Origin: Acidimicrobiia bacterium
GTDB lineage: Bacteria > Actinomycetota > Acidimicrobiia > IMCC26256 > DASPTH01
NCBI GenBank assembly: GCA_035623515.1
Contig: DASPTH010000322.1
Location: 1,526-65,525 of the forward strand
Direction: 5' to 3'
DNA: 64,000 nt
The notes below the pieces were generated by a model. It worked only from the letters and a program-made list of their open reading frames with translations, ran no database searches and was not told where the DNA came from. Shown here one piece after another: positions 17,695 to 27,247 of this stretch. Each line of letters starts with the position of its first letter. The stretch's first letter is position 1. A program made the translations under genes and the position numbers.

Positions 17695-19332
17695 TCAACT
17701 CGACGCCGACGGCGTCTGACCGCCTCCGGTGGTCGGGCAGTTGTCGCACGGGTACGGGCCGACCTGATCCTGCGCGGGAATCGCGTCGAACTGCAGGACC
17801 GACTTCGACGAGTCGAAGAACGGCTGCAGCTTCGCCGGGTACTTGCCGGTGAGGTAGCGCTTCCCACCGTTCAGGTACGCGTACTTGCCCGTACCGGGGA
17901 TCCCGATCTGGTTCGACCCGCCGCTCGCCTTCGGGTTCCACCACGCGAGCGCGGTGCCGCGCAGCGGGATGGGTGCGGGCGGGATGCCGGTCTCGAGGTT
18001 GGTGATCATGTTCTGGAACGCGCCGCCGCTCGCGGGGAACTTGGCGAGCGCGGTGTTGAACGTCGCCCTCGTGAGGTTCGGACCCGCAGTCATGATCCCG
18101 TTGTAGAGGCGGTAGACGAGCGAGAAGATCCCCGGCGAGTGCGTGCCCTCGTTCTTGCCCCAGTACCACTGGAACAGCGCGGTGAGCGCGTCGCTCGCGC
18201 CCCCCGCCACGTACGGCGTGAACCACACCTGCCCGAACGCGTGTGCCCACTGCTGCTGGTCGAACGACCGCGCGAAGAAGTCGAGGTCGTTGTATGGCGA
18301 TCCGGTCACGAGCCACTCGGGGAAGTAGTCCTGGCCGGTCGCGGCCTTCGTGAAGCTGCCGGTGGCATTGGCGACGAGCCCGGCGCCCGCGAAGTCGACG
18401 ATCGACGTGACACCCGCCTGCTTGAGCTTCGCGATCAGCGGCGTCGCCTCGTCCTGGAACGCCGCGCTCTGCGCGGCCGGGTCGGTCGGCGTGGAGTACG
18501 ACACCGCGGCGCCGGGCGCGATCTTCCCGCCGTACTTCGCGAATTCCTTCGTGAACACGCCGAGGTCCATCCCGTCGCTCCCGCCGGGGTAGATCACGCC
18601 GAACACGCGCTTCTTGCTCTTCACGTCGTCGCCACCGAATTGGGCGTTGCCGTCCACGAGCTCCTTGCCCGCCCACTCGGCCATGTTCACTTCCATCGGC
18701 TTCAACAGGTCGCCCGCGCTCATCGGCGGGACGTTGCCGGGGACCCCCGCATTGGCGATCAACTGCTGGAAGACCGGGCCGCCACCACCCTGCGCGAACT
18801 GCGCGGTGTCGAACACGGCGAAGGGCTTCATCGCCTTCACGGTCACCGCGTCGGCGCGCTGCGAGGCTTCGTCGGTGCCGGTGGCCTCGACGAACTGGTA
18901 CTCGACCGTGCGGCCCCAGGTCTGGTACGAGTGCGCGAGGACCGCGTTCTCGTCGAGTGTGGCGTCCTTCGACAACCCGTTCATCCCGGTGGCCTGGTTC
19001 TTGATCCCGCCGTTGGTCGACGACTTGTCCTTGTCCTCGGGGGGTACGAGCACCACGACCTTGATCGACTTCGCCGTCACGCCCTGCGCCGTCGCGCCAC
19101 CGTTGTCGGAGCCGTCGGTCCACGGCCGGACGCAGGGCGGCGCGCCGTAGAACTGGAGCTTGATCTTGCCCGTCGCCTGATCACAGTTCGGGCTGCCGAG
19201 CGCCGCCTTCGTGCCGACGCCGGCACCACCCGCGCCGGCGATCGCCGCGAGCGCCTGACTCGACGGCCCGGCCACGACCGCGGTCGCCCCGACCACGACC
19301 ACGGCGACGGCTGCCCAGCGTCGTGGTGCCAT
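17695..19332 (-). CDS. Solute-binding protein (type-1 periplasmic-binding-fold, ABC-type), no cognate permease adjacent
   Basis: ORF 17695..19407. The start at MAPRRWAAVAVVVVGATAVVAG (19332) has a GGGGGGA RBS and a signal-like N-terminus. The family call is by general resemblance only. Confidence 0.6.
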   Translation of the reverse strand: MAPRRWAAVAVVVVGATAVVAGPSSQALAAIAGAGGAGVGTKAALGSPNCDQATGKIKLQFYGAPPCVRPWTDGSDNGGATAQGVTAKSIKVVVLVPPEDKDKSSTNGGIKNQATGMNGLSKDATLDENAVLAHSYQTWGRTVEYQFVEATGTDEASQRADAVTVKAMKPFAVFDTAQFAQGGGGPVFQQLIANAGVPGNVPPMSAGDLLKPMEVNMAEWAGKELVDGNAQFGGDDVKSKKRVFGVIYPGGSDGMDLGVFTKEFAKYGGKIAPGAAVSYSTPTDPAAQSAAFQDEATPLIAKLKQAGVTSIVDFAGAGLVANATGSFTKAATGQDYFPEWLVTGSPYNDLDFFARSFDQQQWAHAFGQVWFTPYVAGGASDALTALFQWYWGKNEGTHSPGIFSLVYRLYNGIMTAGPNLTRATFNTALAKFPASGGAFQNMITNLETGIPPAPIPLRGTALAWWNPKASGGSNQIGIPGTGKYAYLNGGKRYLTGKYPAKLQPFFDSSKSVLQFDAIPAQDQVGPYPCDNCPTTGGGQTPSASS

Positions 19333-19345
19333 GTTCTTCCCCCCT

Positions 19346-20542
19346 TCACGCCGCTGCGACCGGCAGCGGGTCTCCCAACTGTTCGTAGACCTCCGCAACA
19401 GTGCCACCCATGAACGCGTCGCGGGTCGCGGGGTCGAGTGCGGCCAGCGCGCCGCCGTAGACGGCGATGGGCTCGGCGCTCCCTTCGTTGTGCGGGAAGT
19501 CCGACGAGAACACCAACATGTCGGGCACCTCGCGGATCGCGGCCATCCCGTCGTCGTGCAGGCCGGGGAGCGGGCTCGCCTTCACGTGCCGGCGCACGAT
19601 CGCACCCGGCGACTCCGCGTGCGGCCAGTCCCCGAGCGCGCCGTTCGCGTCGCCGAGCATCTCCATGCGCGAGACGAACCATGGCAACCAACTCGCCCAC
19701 AGCTCGCAGAGCACGATGGTGAGCGCGGGATGGCGCGTGAACGTGCCCCCGAAGAGCAACGCGGCGAGGAACATCTGCGCCGCCTGGGTGCGCTGGCTGT
19801 TCGCGAAGCGGAGCAAGCCGGCGGGTCCGCCACCGCCGGGATCGTCCCACCCCGCGTCGGCCCAGCCCTCGTCGAAGTGCGCGGGCGTGTTGCCGATGTG
19901 CAGAATCCCCACCGTTCCGAGGTCGGTGGACGCGCGCCAGAACTTGTCGACGTTCGGGTGCGCGGGCGACCGGCCACCGAAGGGCGTGGCCCACACGAAG
20001 TACGCGCGGCTCCCGCGGCCACGCATGCGTTCGAGCTCGGCGATCGACCAGTCGAGATCGTCGAAATCGAGGATCGTCACGGGTGAGACGCGATCAGTGA
20101 ACGCAGCAAAGTTGTCGGCGAGATAGTCGTTGCAGAGAACGATCGCTCGATGTCGGATCGCGGGGTCGGCGATGAACTGGTGCGAGGTCGCGACCGCTCC
20201 CGCGTAACTGCCACCCGGGTTCACGAGCGCGTAGTCGATGCCCACGTGGTCCATCCACGCGACGCGCTCGGTCGCGTCGGCGGCGCCCGGTGGCGGCGCG
20301 GGCGGCGCGGCCATCGCCGCGCTTCGCTCCGCCGGCGTGCGCATGGCCGCACCCATGCGCGCGAGCAGCGCGTCGGGCTCAGGGCGCTGGTCGCTCGGCA
20401 ACGCGCGGTAGAGGTCACCGGCGAGGTTGGCGACCACCACGTCGGTCATGGTCGGGAGGTGGTCCCGCAGCTCGTCGAGCGGGTGCTCGCCGGGCGCGAA
20501 GCTCGCGGGCTCGAAGTGACTGTCGACATCGATCACCGGCAC
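19346..20542 (-). CDS. Amidohydrolase-2 (ACMSD-like metal-dependent hydrolase) family protein
   Basis: N-terminal MPVIDVDSHF metal-binding motif and a C-terminal FSSDFPHNEG motif. GTG start with a GGGAGG RBS. Confidence 0.75.
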   Translation of the reverse strand: MPVIDVDSHFEPASFAPGEHPLDELRDHLPTMTDVVVANLAGDLYRALPSDQRPEPDALLARMGAAMRTPAERSAAMAAPPAPPPGAADATERVAWMDHVGIDYALVNPGGSYAGAVATSHQFIADPAIRHRAIVLCNDYLADNFAAFTDRVSPVTILDFDDLDWSIAELERMRGRGSRAYFVWATPFGGRSPAHPNVDKFWRASTDLGTVGILHIGNTPAHFDEGWADAGWDDPGGGGPAGLLRFANSQRTQAAQMFLAALLFGGTFTRHPALTIVLCELWASWLPWFVSRMEMLGDANGALGDWPHAESPGAIVRRHVKASPLPGLHDDGMAAIREVPDMLVFSSDFPHNEGSAEPIAVYGGALAALDPATRDAFMGGTVAEVYEQLGDPLPVAAA

Positions 20543-20971
20543 CGGGCGCCTCCCGAGGCTCTTTTCCGAATGATTGAGGTTAAGAGCGTGCGCGGATACG
20601 GGCCAGTTCGGGGGTTCCAGCGGTTGCGCCAGTCGATCAGTCGCGGGGTGAGGAGCAGGACGATCGCGAGTGCGACCTGGGGGAGCCGGTGGATGGTGCG
20701 CCCGTCGGTGTTGTGTGGTTCTTGGTCGGGCGGGTGACGTTCAGTGCGCTGTCGGGCGATGCTCGGTGCGCTTCGACAGGGCAGAACACGCTGGCTGCGA
20801 GTCACCGTTGACGGACGTCGGTATGTCTGTGCCGGAGAAGTGACACCGCGACGTCGATCGGCATTGCAAGTCCGGATCGGAATGCGGGGATCGTAAGCAA
20901 ATTTCAGCGTGACTTCTCGGAAGCCCTGAGATGATGAGTTGCCCGTACTCTCTCGAAAGGAATGCCCCCGC

Positions 20972-21271
20972 ATGTCGGACGACGAAGAACGCTTCAACGA
21001 ACGAGTCTCGATCCTGGAGAACTATGCCCAAGACGGCTTGACACTCGAAGACCTCGGCAAGTTGATCCTCGCGGACGCTCTGCTGAACGCGGACCTCGAC
21101 GCACTCGACGCTGACTCTGATGGGCACGTCACAGTGCATTACACGGGCACGATCGACTTCAAGCTCCATCGCCCGCGCGTCGGAGAGAAACCCGTAGAAG
21201 GGCCCGTTTGTTGCTACTGCGTCGTATGCAGCGACGGGATCATCATCTGCCGTGGGAGGTGCTGCCGCTGA
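20972..21271 (+). CDS. Hypothetical 99-aa protein with a Cys-dense C-terminus (GPVCCYCVVCSDGIIICRGRCCR)
   Basis: ORF 20939..21271. The in-frame ATG at 20972 follows aaagga. Third-position G/C is clearly enriched on this strand relative to the antisense ORF. It lies in the lower-GC islet. Confidence 0.45.
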   Translation: MSDDEERFNERVSILENYAQDGLTLEDLGKLILADALLNADLDALDADSDGHVTVHYTGTIDFKLHRPRVGEKPVEGPVCCYCVVCSDGIIICRGRCCR

Positions 21272-21414
21272 CAACGTGGGCCTGCCCCGTCCCGCCCAAA
21301 GTGTCTGTCGACGAATGTCACGATTGATCGCTCTTCGCGGAACTCCTCAGAGGCCGCGCGAGGACGACGGCGACAGTGTTCTTTGCAGGGTGTCCTACGT
21401 GGAGAGGAGGCCAG

Positions 21415-21519
21415 ATGCTGCCCGAGGCTGAGCCCTATGAGCCGCCCGCGATCGAGTCGCGCGAGCAATTTGGCCCCGTGTTCGGCGAGACACAAGCATC
21501 CGTCCCTCCTCCCAAGTAA
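21415..21519 (+). CDS. Candidate 34-aa small ORF (MLPEAEPYEPPAIESREQFGPVFGETQASVPPPK)
   Basis: Too short for the ORF track. The ATG is preceded by GGAGAGGAGG with a 4-nt spacer, and the ORF ends in TAA. Confidence 0.3.
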   Translation: MLPEAEPYEPPAIESREQFGPVFGETQASVPPPK

Positions 21520-21585
21520 CGAGAAGGACGATGAGCGCGTGTTCAAACGCGAATGCGGGAGCGCTCGTGAGCCTGGGCGGGCCAA

Positions 21586-21903
21586 TCAGAGAGGGATATC
21601 TGACCAGAGCGAACCCTGAAACGACGCAGTCGGACCGTCCGGGCCGGTTGCTGCTGTGAGCAGCGCGAGCCCCTCCGCGTCGGCGAGGAACTTGTCCATG
21701 ACCGCGCCGTAACTCGCGTAGTCGTCGGCTTCCCAGGTCGTCGCGAACGACGCGCTTGCTTCTCCAGCCACGAGTGTCCCGAGGACCCGGAAGTTCTTCG
21801 CACCGCAGCGTTCCAAAATCGCTCGAGCCTGGCGACTCGTCTCGAGAAACGCCTCGTACGCGCCCGGTCTCGTGATGATGTTGGTGACTGACACGACAGC
21901 CAT
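21586..21903 (-). CDS. Small (105 aa) alpha/beta protein, unknown function
   Basis: ORF 21586..22071. The start at MAVVSVTNIITRPGAYEAFLE (21903) is preceded by GAGGAGG. Confidence 0.55.
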   Translation of the reverse strand: MAVVSVTNIITRPGAYEAFLETSRQARAILERCGAKNFRVLGTLVAGEASASFATTWEADDYASYGAVMDKFLADAEGLALLTAATGPDGPTASFQGSLWSDIPL

Positions 21904-22295
21904 TGGTGGACCCCTCCTCTTCAGTTGCCCATGGGCTCTGTTGCCCATGGGCGAACCAGTCGACGTCGCCCCCGCGCGAAGCCTCGCGCCACGAGTGCTC
22001 GCTGGCAAGGGGCCTGTCTCGGTGCTCGATGTCGCTCCACTGTCGCTCCACTGACGCCCCGCCTGGAGCATCAGGATCCTTCAGCATCACACCCGGGTCG
22101 AGTGTGGGTGATACTGCACGAGCACGGCACCCGAACGCATGCCCGCCCGATGGCCGTGGGCCACCATGTTCCAAACCCGCGCTTGCGCGACTCCGCGCAC
22201 TGCCGCTCCGCACTTGAGCGCGGCCGCACCCCGAAGCGATCAGGACCACACGAGCTTCCTTCGCGCGCTCCCTACACGCGCGCAACCGCGAACCT

Positions 22296-22572
22296 GCAAG
22301 AAGAACGAACAGCCAGTCGGTCCACGCGACCTCGTCGTCGGCCGGGGGCAACGCGGGTTGGAGGAGATCCTGGCCGACGAGGCCGAGGAGCTCGTCGCGT
22401 TCGGCGACATGGTGGTAGAGCGCGGGCGTCGCGACACCGAGCGCGGCTGCCACCGACGTCATGGTGACCCCTTGATGCCGTGCTCGCGCGCGATGGCGAT
22501 CCCGACCTCGACGACGCGCTCCCGGCTGATCCGTGGTGGTCGGCCCCGGCGGGGAGCGGCGACGTCCGCCAT
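22296..22572 (-). pseudogene. TetR-family regulator, frameshifted within the HTH; the C-terminal domain is not recognisable
   Basis: From the ATG at comp. 22572: [37 protein letters not shown]. The expected continuation [31 protein letters not shown] is in the adjacent frame. The shift maps to the run of four C at 22468-22471 (+ strand). Confidence 0.6.
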
Positions 22573-22599
22573 CCCGACGAGGATACGACGGCGACGTCG

Positions 22600-24909
22600 C
22601 TACGAGTCCCTTGCGCCCGACGAACCCATCGCGCGCCAGACCACCTCGGGTGCGCACGGCGGGTCGACGTGGGTGACACCATACGGCGCGAGCGCGTCGA
22701 CGACCGCGTTCCACACTGCGGCGATCGAGCCCGTGGTGCCCGACTCGCCGATGCCCTTGGCGCCGAGCGGGTTGTTGGGGCTGGGCGTGACGGTGTGAGC
22801 GGTCCGGAAGCCCGGTAGGTCGGAGGCGGCGGGGACGAGGTAGTCGAGCAAGGACGCGGTGAGCGGAGTGCCACCGCTGTCGTAACGAACGCCCTCGTAG
22901 AGGACCTGCGCGATGCCCTGTGCGAGGCCGCCGTGCACCTGGCCCTCGGCGAGCAGCGGGTTGATCACCGAGCCGCAGTCGTCGACCGCGACGAAGTCAC
23001 GCAGCGCGACCGCCCCCGTCTCGCGGTCGACCTCGACGACCGCGACGTGACACCCGAACGGGAACGACCCGCGCGACTGGAAGTCGAGCTCGTGGCGCAA
23101 CCGCTCGCCGCGGGTCGTCGCCTGCCTCGCCAGCTCCGCCCAGCTGAGACCGCTCGTGGGTACACCGGTCACGCCGAGCGAGCCATCGTCGAGCACGACG
23201 ACGTCGTCGGGCGCGGCCTCGAGCAGCTCCGCCGCCAGCGCGCGCGCACGATCGACGACGACGGTCGCCGCCTCGCGCACGGCCGACCCTGCGAGTTGCG
23301 CCGAGCGCGACCCGAACGTCCCCACGCCGTGGTCGACGAGCGCAGTGTCGGAGTGCACGACGCGCACGGCGTCGAAGGGCACGCCAGTCGTCGCCGACGC
23401 GATCTGCGCCCACGTGGTCTCGTGACCCTGTCCGTGCGGGACGCTCCCCGTGGTCACCGTCACAGTGCCGTCGTCGTGCACTTCGACCGCGCCGAACTCG
23501 CCGCCGCTCCCCGAGGTCTCCACGTAGCAGCCGATGCCGACGCCGAGGAGCGGCGCGTGGGGATCGTCACGCCGGCGGTGCTGTTCGGCGCGGAGGTCGT
23601 CGTAACCGGCGAGCCGCAGCGCCTCGTCGAGCGCGGCCTCGTACTCGCCACTGTCGTAGGTGGTCCCCACCGCGGTCGTGAACGGGAACGCGGAGCCGGG
23701 CGGGAAGTTCCGACGCCGGAGCGCGGCAGGGTCGATGTCGAGGGCGCGCGCCATCGTGTCGACGGCGCGCTCCACGAGCGCGGCCGCTTCCGGCCGCCCC
23801 GCGCCCCGGTACGGACCGGTCGGCGTCGCGTTGGTGACGACCTGCACGAAGCCGAAGTCGATCTGCGGGATCGCGTACACGCCCGACGCCATCATGCGCG
23901 ACACCATCGGGATGAACATGCCGCGCGTCGCGTACGCGCCGACGTCGGCGAGCGCGCGGACACGAAGCCCGGTGAACACGCCTGCCCGCGACGCACCGAG
24001 CTCGACGTCGTGCACCTGGCCTCGGCCGTGGGTCATGCCGAGCAAGTTCTCCTGCCGGCTCTCGGCCCACCGCACCGGGCGGGCGAGGCGGTGCGCGAGG
24101 GCGGCCACCACGAGTTGCTCGGGGTACACGCCACCCTTCGCGCCGAAGCCGCCACCGATCCAGGGCGCCCGCACGCGCACGAGCGGAGCTTCGAGCCCGA
24201 GCGTGCGCGCGACCTCGGCCTGCACACCGAAGACCGACTGCGTCGACGCCCACACCGTGAGCGACCCGTCGGGCTCCGGTATCGCGACGCAGCCGTTCGG
24301 CTCCATCGTGACCGGCGCCACGCGCTGGTGAGTGATCCGCAGCCGCACGACGACGTCGGCGTCGGCGAAGAACTCCTCGCCCGGCGGATCGGGCGGCGCG
24401 CCCGCCAGGTTCGAGCCGAACGCGGGGAACAGGAGAGGCGCGTCGGCCGCGGCCGCCTCGGCGGGATCGGTCACCGCAGGCAGCGGCTCGACGGCGACCG
24501 TGACCGCGTCGGCTGCGTCGAGTGCGTGCGCGAGCGTGTCGGCCACCACCACCGCGACTGCCTCGCCGACGAACCGCACCCGGTCCCGCGCGAGGAGGGG
24601 CCGGCTCAGCTCGGCGTGGCCGGAGAACGCCGGCTGGTCGGGCAGGTCGAGGTCGGCGGCCGTCCAGACGGAGTGGACGCCGGGGCTCGAGGCCGCGACG
24701 CGGGCGTCGACCGCCCGCAGCTCGCCGTGCGCCGCGTGCGAGCGCACGAACACCGCGTGCAGGGCCCCGTCGACGGACAGGTCGGCCATGAACCGGGCCT
24801 CGCCGGTGAGCAGCGCCGGATCCTCGGAACGCAGCACCGAGTGGCCGAGCACCGTACGCGTCGCTCCGCGTTCGGGTGCCCACCCGCCTCCCGAGCGATC
24901 CCCCGCCAT
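22600..24909 (-). CDS. Xanthine dehydrogenase/CoxL-family molybdopterin-binding subunit
   Basis: 769 aa. It has the N-terminal [19 protein letters not shown] a/b-hammerhead motif and multiple MoCo-domain boxes (GGGFG, GTFGSRS). Confidence 0.85.
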   Translation of the reverse strand: MAGDRSGGGWAPERGATRTVLGHSVLRSEDPALLTGEARFMADLSVDGALHAVFVRSHAAHGELRAVDARVAASSPGVHSVWTAADLDLPDQPAFSGHAELSRPLLARDRVRFVGEAVAVVVADTLAHALDAADAVTVAVEPLPAVTDPAEAAAADAPLLFPAFGSNLAGAPPDPPGEEFFADADVVVRLRITHQRVAPVTMEPNGCVAIPEPDGSLTVWASTQSVFGVQAEVARTLGLEAPLVRVRAPWIGGGFGAKGGVYPEQLVVAALAHRLARPVRWAESRQENLLGMTHGRGQVHDVELGASRAGVFTGLRVRALADVGAYATRGMFIPMVSRMMASGVYAIPQIDFGFVQVVTNATPTGPYRGAGRPEAAALVERAVDTMARALDIDPAALRRRNFPPGSAFPFTTAVGTTYDSGEYEAALDEALRLAGYDDLRAEQHRRRDDPHAPLLGVGIGCYVETSGSGGEFGAVEVHDDGTVTVTTGSVPHGQGHETTWAQIASATTGVPFDAVRVVHSDTALVDHGVGTFGSRSAQLAGSAVREAATVVVDRARALAAELLEAAPDDVVVLDDGSLGVTGVPTSGLSWAELARQATTRGERLRHELDFQSRGSFPFGCHVAVVEVDRETGAVALRDFVAVDDCGSVINPLLAEGQVHGGLAQGIAQVLYEGVRYDSGGTPLTASLLDYLVPAASDLPGFRTAHTVTPSPNNPLGAKGIGESGTTGSIAAVWNAVVDALAPYGVTHVDPPCAPEVVWRAMGSSGARDS

Positions 24910-24916
24910 GGGAGCC

Positions 24917-24928
24917 GACGTTAACGTC
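24917..24928. promoter_or_regulatory. Perfect 12-bp palindrome GACGTTAACGTC in the CoxL/P450 divergent region
   Basis: Read directly. It is followed by an AT-rich cgattagattggacggattgg with a GATTGG direct repeat. Confidence 0.3.
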
Positions 24929-25000
24929 TCCGATTAGATTGGACGGATTGGGCGGCGCCCTCGAGCGACCGTCCGAGCCAGTCCCGCGGCGGAGGAAGCC

Positions 25001-26284
25001 ATGGCAATCACCGGCACCGATCTCACCGACATCGACCTGCTGAACCCCGACGCGTTCGTGGAGCAGAAGCACCACGAGTGGTTCCGGCGGCTGCGCGCCG
25101 AGGCGCCGGTCTACTGGTACGACGACGGCGGCGAGGACGGCTTCTGGAACGTGGTGAAGCACGAGGACGTGGTGCTCGTCAACCGGGACTCCGCGCTCTT
25201 CTCGTCGCAGATCGGCGGCACACAGATCTTCTCGCGACGCCGGGCCCGTCAGATGGGAATCGACCCGGACGAGCAGCAGGCGTACTCGGGCCGCGGCGTG
25301 ATCATGCTGGAGATGGATCCGCCGAAGCACACGCGCTACCGGCTGTTGGTGAACAAGGGCTTCACACCGCGGATGATCGGGCTCCTCGAACAGGCGCTGC
25401 GCACCCGCGCCACACACATCATCGACCAGGTCATCGAGCAGGGCGAGGCCGACTTCGTCGTCGACATTGCCTCGGAGCTGCCCCTGCAGGCGATCGCCGA
25501 GATCATGGGCGTGCCCCAGGAAGACCGGGTCAAGCTCTTCGAGTGGTCGAACCGCATGATCGGCGCGGGCGACCCCGAGTTCATGGCCGAGGAGAGCGGC
25601 AGCGCGATGGCCGAGCTGTTCATGTACTCGAACCAGCTCGCCGAGAAACGCCGGACCGATCCTCGCGACGACATCGTCACCAAGCTGCTGAACGCCGAGA
25701 TCGACGGCGACAAGCTGAGCGAGCTCGAATTCGACATGTTCATGATGCTGTTGTCGGTCGCGGGGAACGAGACCACGCGCAACGCCACCGCGCACGGCAT
25801 GTACGCACTGCTCCAGAACCCGGAGCAGTTCGACTACGTGAAGCAGGACCCCGAAGGTCGCATGGAGATCGCGATCGAGGAGATCCTGCGGTGGGCGTCG
25901 CCCGTGCTCCACTTCAAGCGCACCACCACGGCCGACACCGAGATCCGCGGCACGGAGATCAAGGAGGGCGACCAGGTCGTGATGTGGTACGTGTCGGCGA
26001 ATCGCGACGAGGAAGTGTTCGACGACCCGTTCACGTTCGACGTGTCACGCGACCCCAACCCGCAGATCGCGTTCGGTGGCGGCGGCAACCACTTCTGCCT
26101 CGGCGCCAACCTCGCGCGCATGGAGCTGCGCCTCATCTTCGAGGAGATCACGAAGCGCATGCCCGACATGCGGCTCGCGGGCGAGCCCGACCGGCTGCGG
26201 TCGAACTTCATCGGCGGCATCAAGCACCTGCCGGTCACCTACACGCCGGGCAAGCGCGTGCTCGCCGCAAACGCCGAGGCCTGA
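25001..26284 (+). CDS. Cytochrome P450 (resembles CYP124/125/142-type lipid/sterol omega-hydroxylases)
   Basis: Heme loop FGGGGNHFCLGANLARMEL, EXXR box EEILRW, and an RBS GGAGGAAG. The subfamily assignment is from memory only. Confidence 0.9.
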   Translation: MAITGTDLTDIDLLNPDAFVEQKHHEWFRRLRAEAPVYWYDDGGEDGFWNVVKHEDVVLVNRDSALFSSQIGGTQIFSRRRARQMGIDPDEQQAYSGRGVIMLEMDPPKHTRYRLLVNKGFTPRMIGLLEQALRTRATHIIDQVIEQGEADFVVDIASELPLQAIAEIMGVPQEDRVKLFEWSNRMIGAGDPEFMAEESGSAMAELFMYSNQLAEKRRTDPRDDIVTKLLNAEIDGDKLSELEFDMFMMLLSVAGNETTRNATAHGMYALLQNPEQFDYVKQDPEGRMEIAIEEILRWASPVLHFKRTTTADTEIRGTEIKEGDQVVMWYVSANRDEEVFDDPFTFDVSRDPNPQIAFGGGGNHFCLGANLARMELRLIFEEITKRMPDMRLAGEPDRLRSNFIGGIKHLPVTYTPGKRVLAANAEA

Positions 26285-26305
26285 CGCCCACGTGAGGGTG
26301 GCGGG

Positions 26306-27247
26306 GTGACGCCGTTCTCGTCGGGCTCCGTTTCGCTCCGGCTCTACCCGCACCTCGATCTCGCACCCGGCGCCGTCGTGGCCGAGCTCTGCGCGCAAGC
26401 GGCGCTCGCCGCCGACCACGGCTTCGACGGCGTGATGACGAGCGAGCACCACGGCGGCTTCGCCGGCTACCTGCCGAACCCGCTGCAGGTCGCCGGCTGG
26501 TGCCTCGACGAGATGGCGACGGGGTGGGCGGCGCCGTGCCCCCTGCTGCTCCCCCTCCGACCGACCGCCCTCGTCGCCGAGGAGGTGGCGTGGCTGGCGG
26601 CGCGCTTCCCCGGCCGAGTCGGCGTCGGCGTCGCCGCCGGCGCGCTGCGTGACGACTTCGACGTCATGCACCTGCCGATGGACGGTCTCACCGAGCGGTT
26701 CGCCGACGCGCTCGTCGAGCTCGTGGGGATGCTCGACGGATCGGAGCCGCGCGGCCTCGCCGGTGACCCCGCGATCAAGGCGTGCGCGGACCACCCCGTC
26801 CCGCTCGTGAGCGCGGCGATGGGCGTCACCGCCGTCCGGCGCGCCGCCGCCCTCGGCGTGGGCGTGCTGTTCGACTCCCTGTCGACGGCCGAGCGCTGCC
26901 GGGTGCTCACCGACGCGTACCGCGACGCCGGCGGCCAGGGCCCGTGCGTGCTGATCCGGCGGGCCTGGGTGGGCGAGCCGCCCCGCGACCGGCTCGCCGA
27001 CCAGGTCGACGTGTACCGCGGGTACTCGTCGCGCTCGGCCATGCAACACTGGGGCACCGACGAGCTCGTCGGTGCCACCGACGGCGCGACCGTCGCGGGT
27101 GAGCTCCGCGAGGTGCTGCGCCGCGCCGGCGCCGACGCGCTGAACGTGCGGATCCACGTACCGGGCGTGAGCCCGGCCGAGGCGAGAGAGCAGATCCAGC
27201 GCTTGGGACGCGAGGTCCTGGGCCCGTTCCGGGGAGGCGACCGATGA
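26306..27247 (+). CDS. LLM-class flavin-dependent oxidoreductase
   Basis: GFDGVMTSEHHGGFAGYLPNPLQ is typical of the LLM family. GTG start. Confidence 0.7.
   Translation: MTPFSSGSVSLRLYPHLDLAPGAVVAELCAQAALAADHGFDGVMTSEHHGGFAGYLPNPLQVAGWCLDEMATGWAAPCPLLLPLRPTALVAEEVAWLAARFPGRVGVGVAAGALRDDFDVMHLPMDGLTERFADALVELVGMLDGSEPRGLAGDPAIKACADHPVPLVSAAMGVTAVRRAAALGVGVLFDSLSTAERCRVLTDAYRDAGGQGPCVLIRRAWVGEPPRDRLADQVDVYRGYSSRSAMQHWGTDELVGATDGATVAGELREVLRRAGADALNVRIHVPGVSPAEAREQIQRLGREVLGPFRGGDR

Noticed and set aside
15850-19413. Very long ORFs out of frame or antisense to well-supported genes. Examples: 1187 aa at 15850-19413 (+), 807 aa at 33552-35975 (+), 636 aa at 9948-11858 (-), 781 aa at 23567-25912 (-), 706 aa at 13773-15893 (-), 725 aa at 52924-55101 (+), and 632 aa at 54882-56780 (-).
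   Set aside because: Their translations are monotonous Arg/Ala/Gly/Pro/Asp strings without motifs. They overlap genes that carry clear family signatures. Stop-poor shadow frames are expected in very GC-rich DNA.
20590-20760. Possible transposase or membrane-protein remnant on the minus strand (...DGRTIHRLPQVALAIVLLLTPRLIDWRNRWNPRTGPY...).
   Set aside because: I cannot match it to any IS family from memory. There are no inverted repeats or DDE motifs, so it is not called as a mobile element.
21415-21519. Reading the 34-aa ORF as a lasso-peptide precursor.
   Set aside because: After the putative Thr(-2) only 7 residues (ASVPPPK) remain and they lack an Asp/Glu acceptor. The alternative Gly-start core has Glu at position 6, not 7-9. 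No cyclase, peptidase or RRE genes are nearby. It is kept only as a small-ORF observation.
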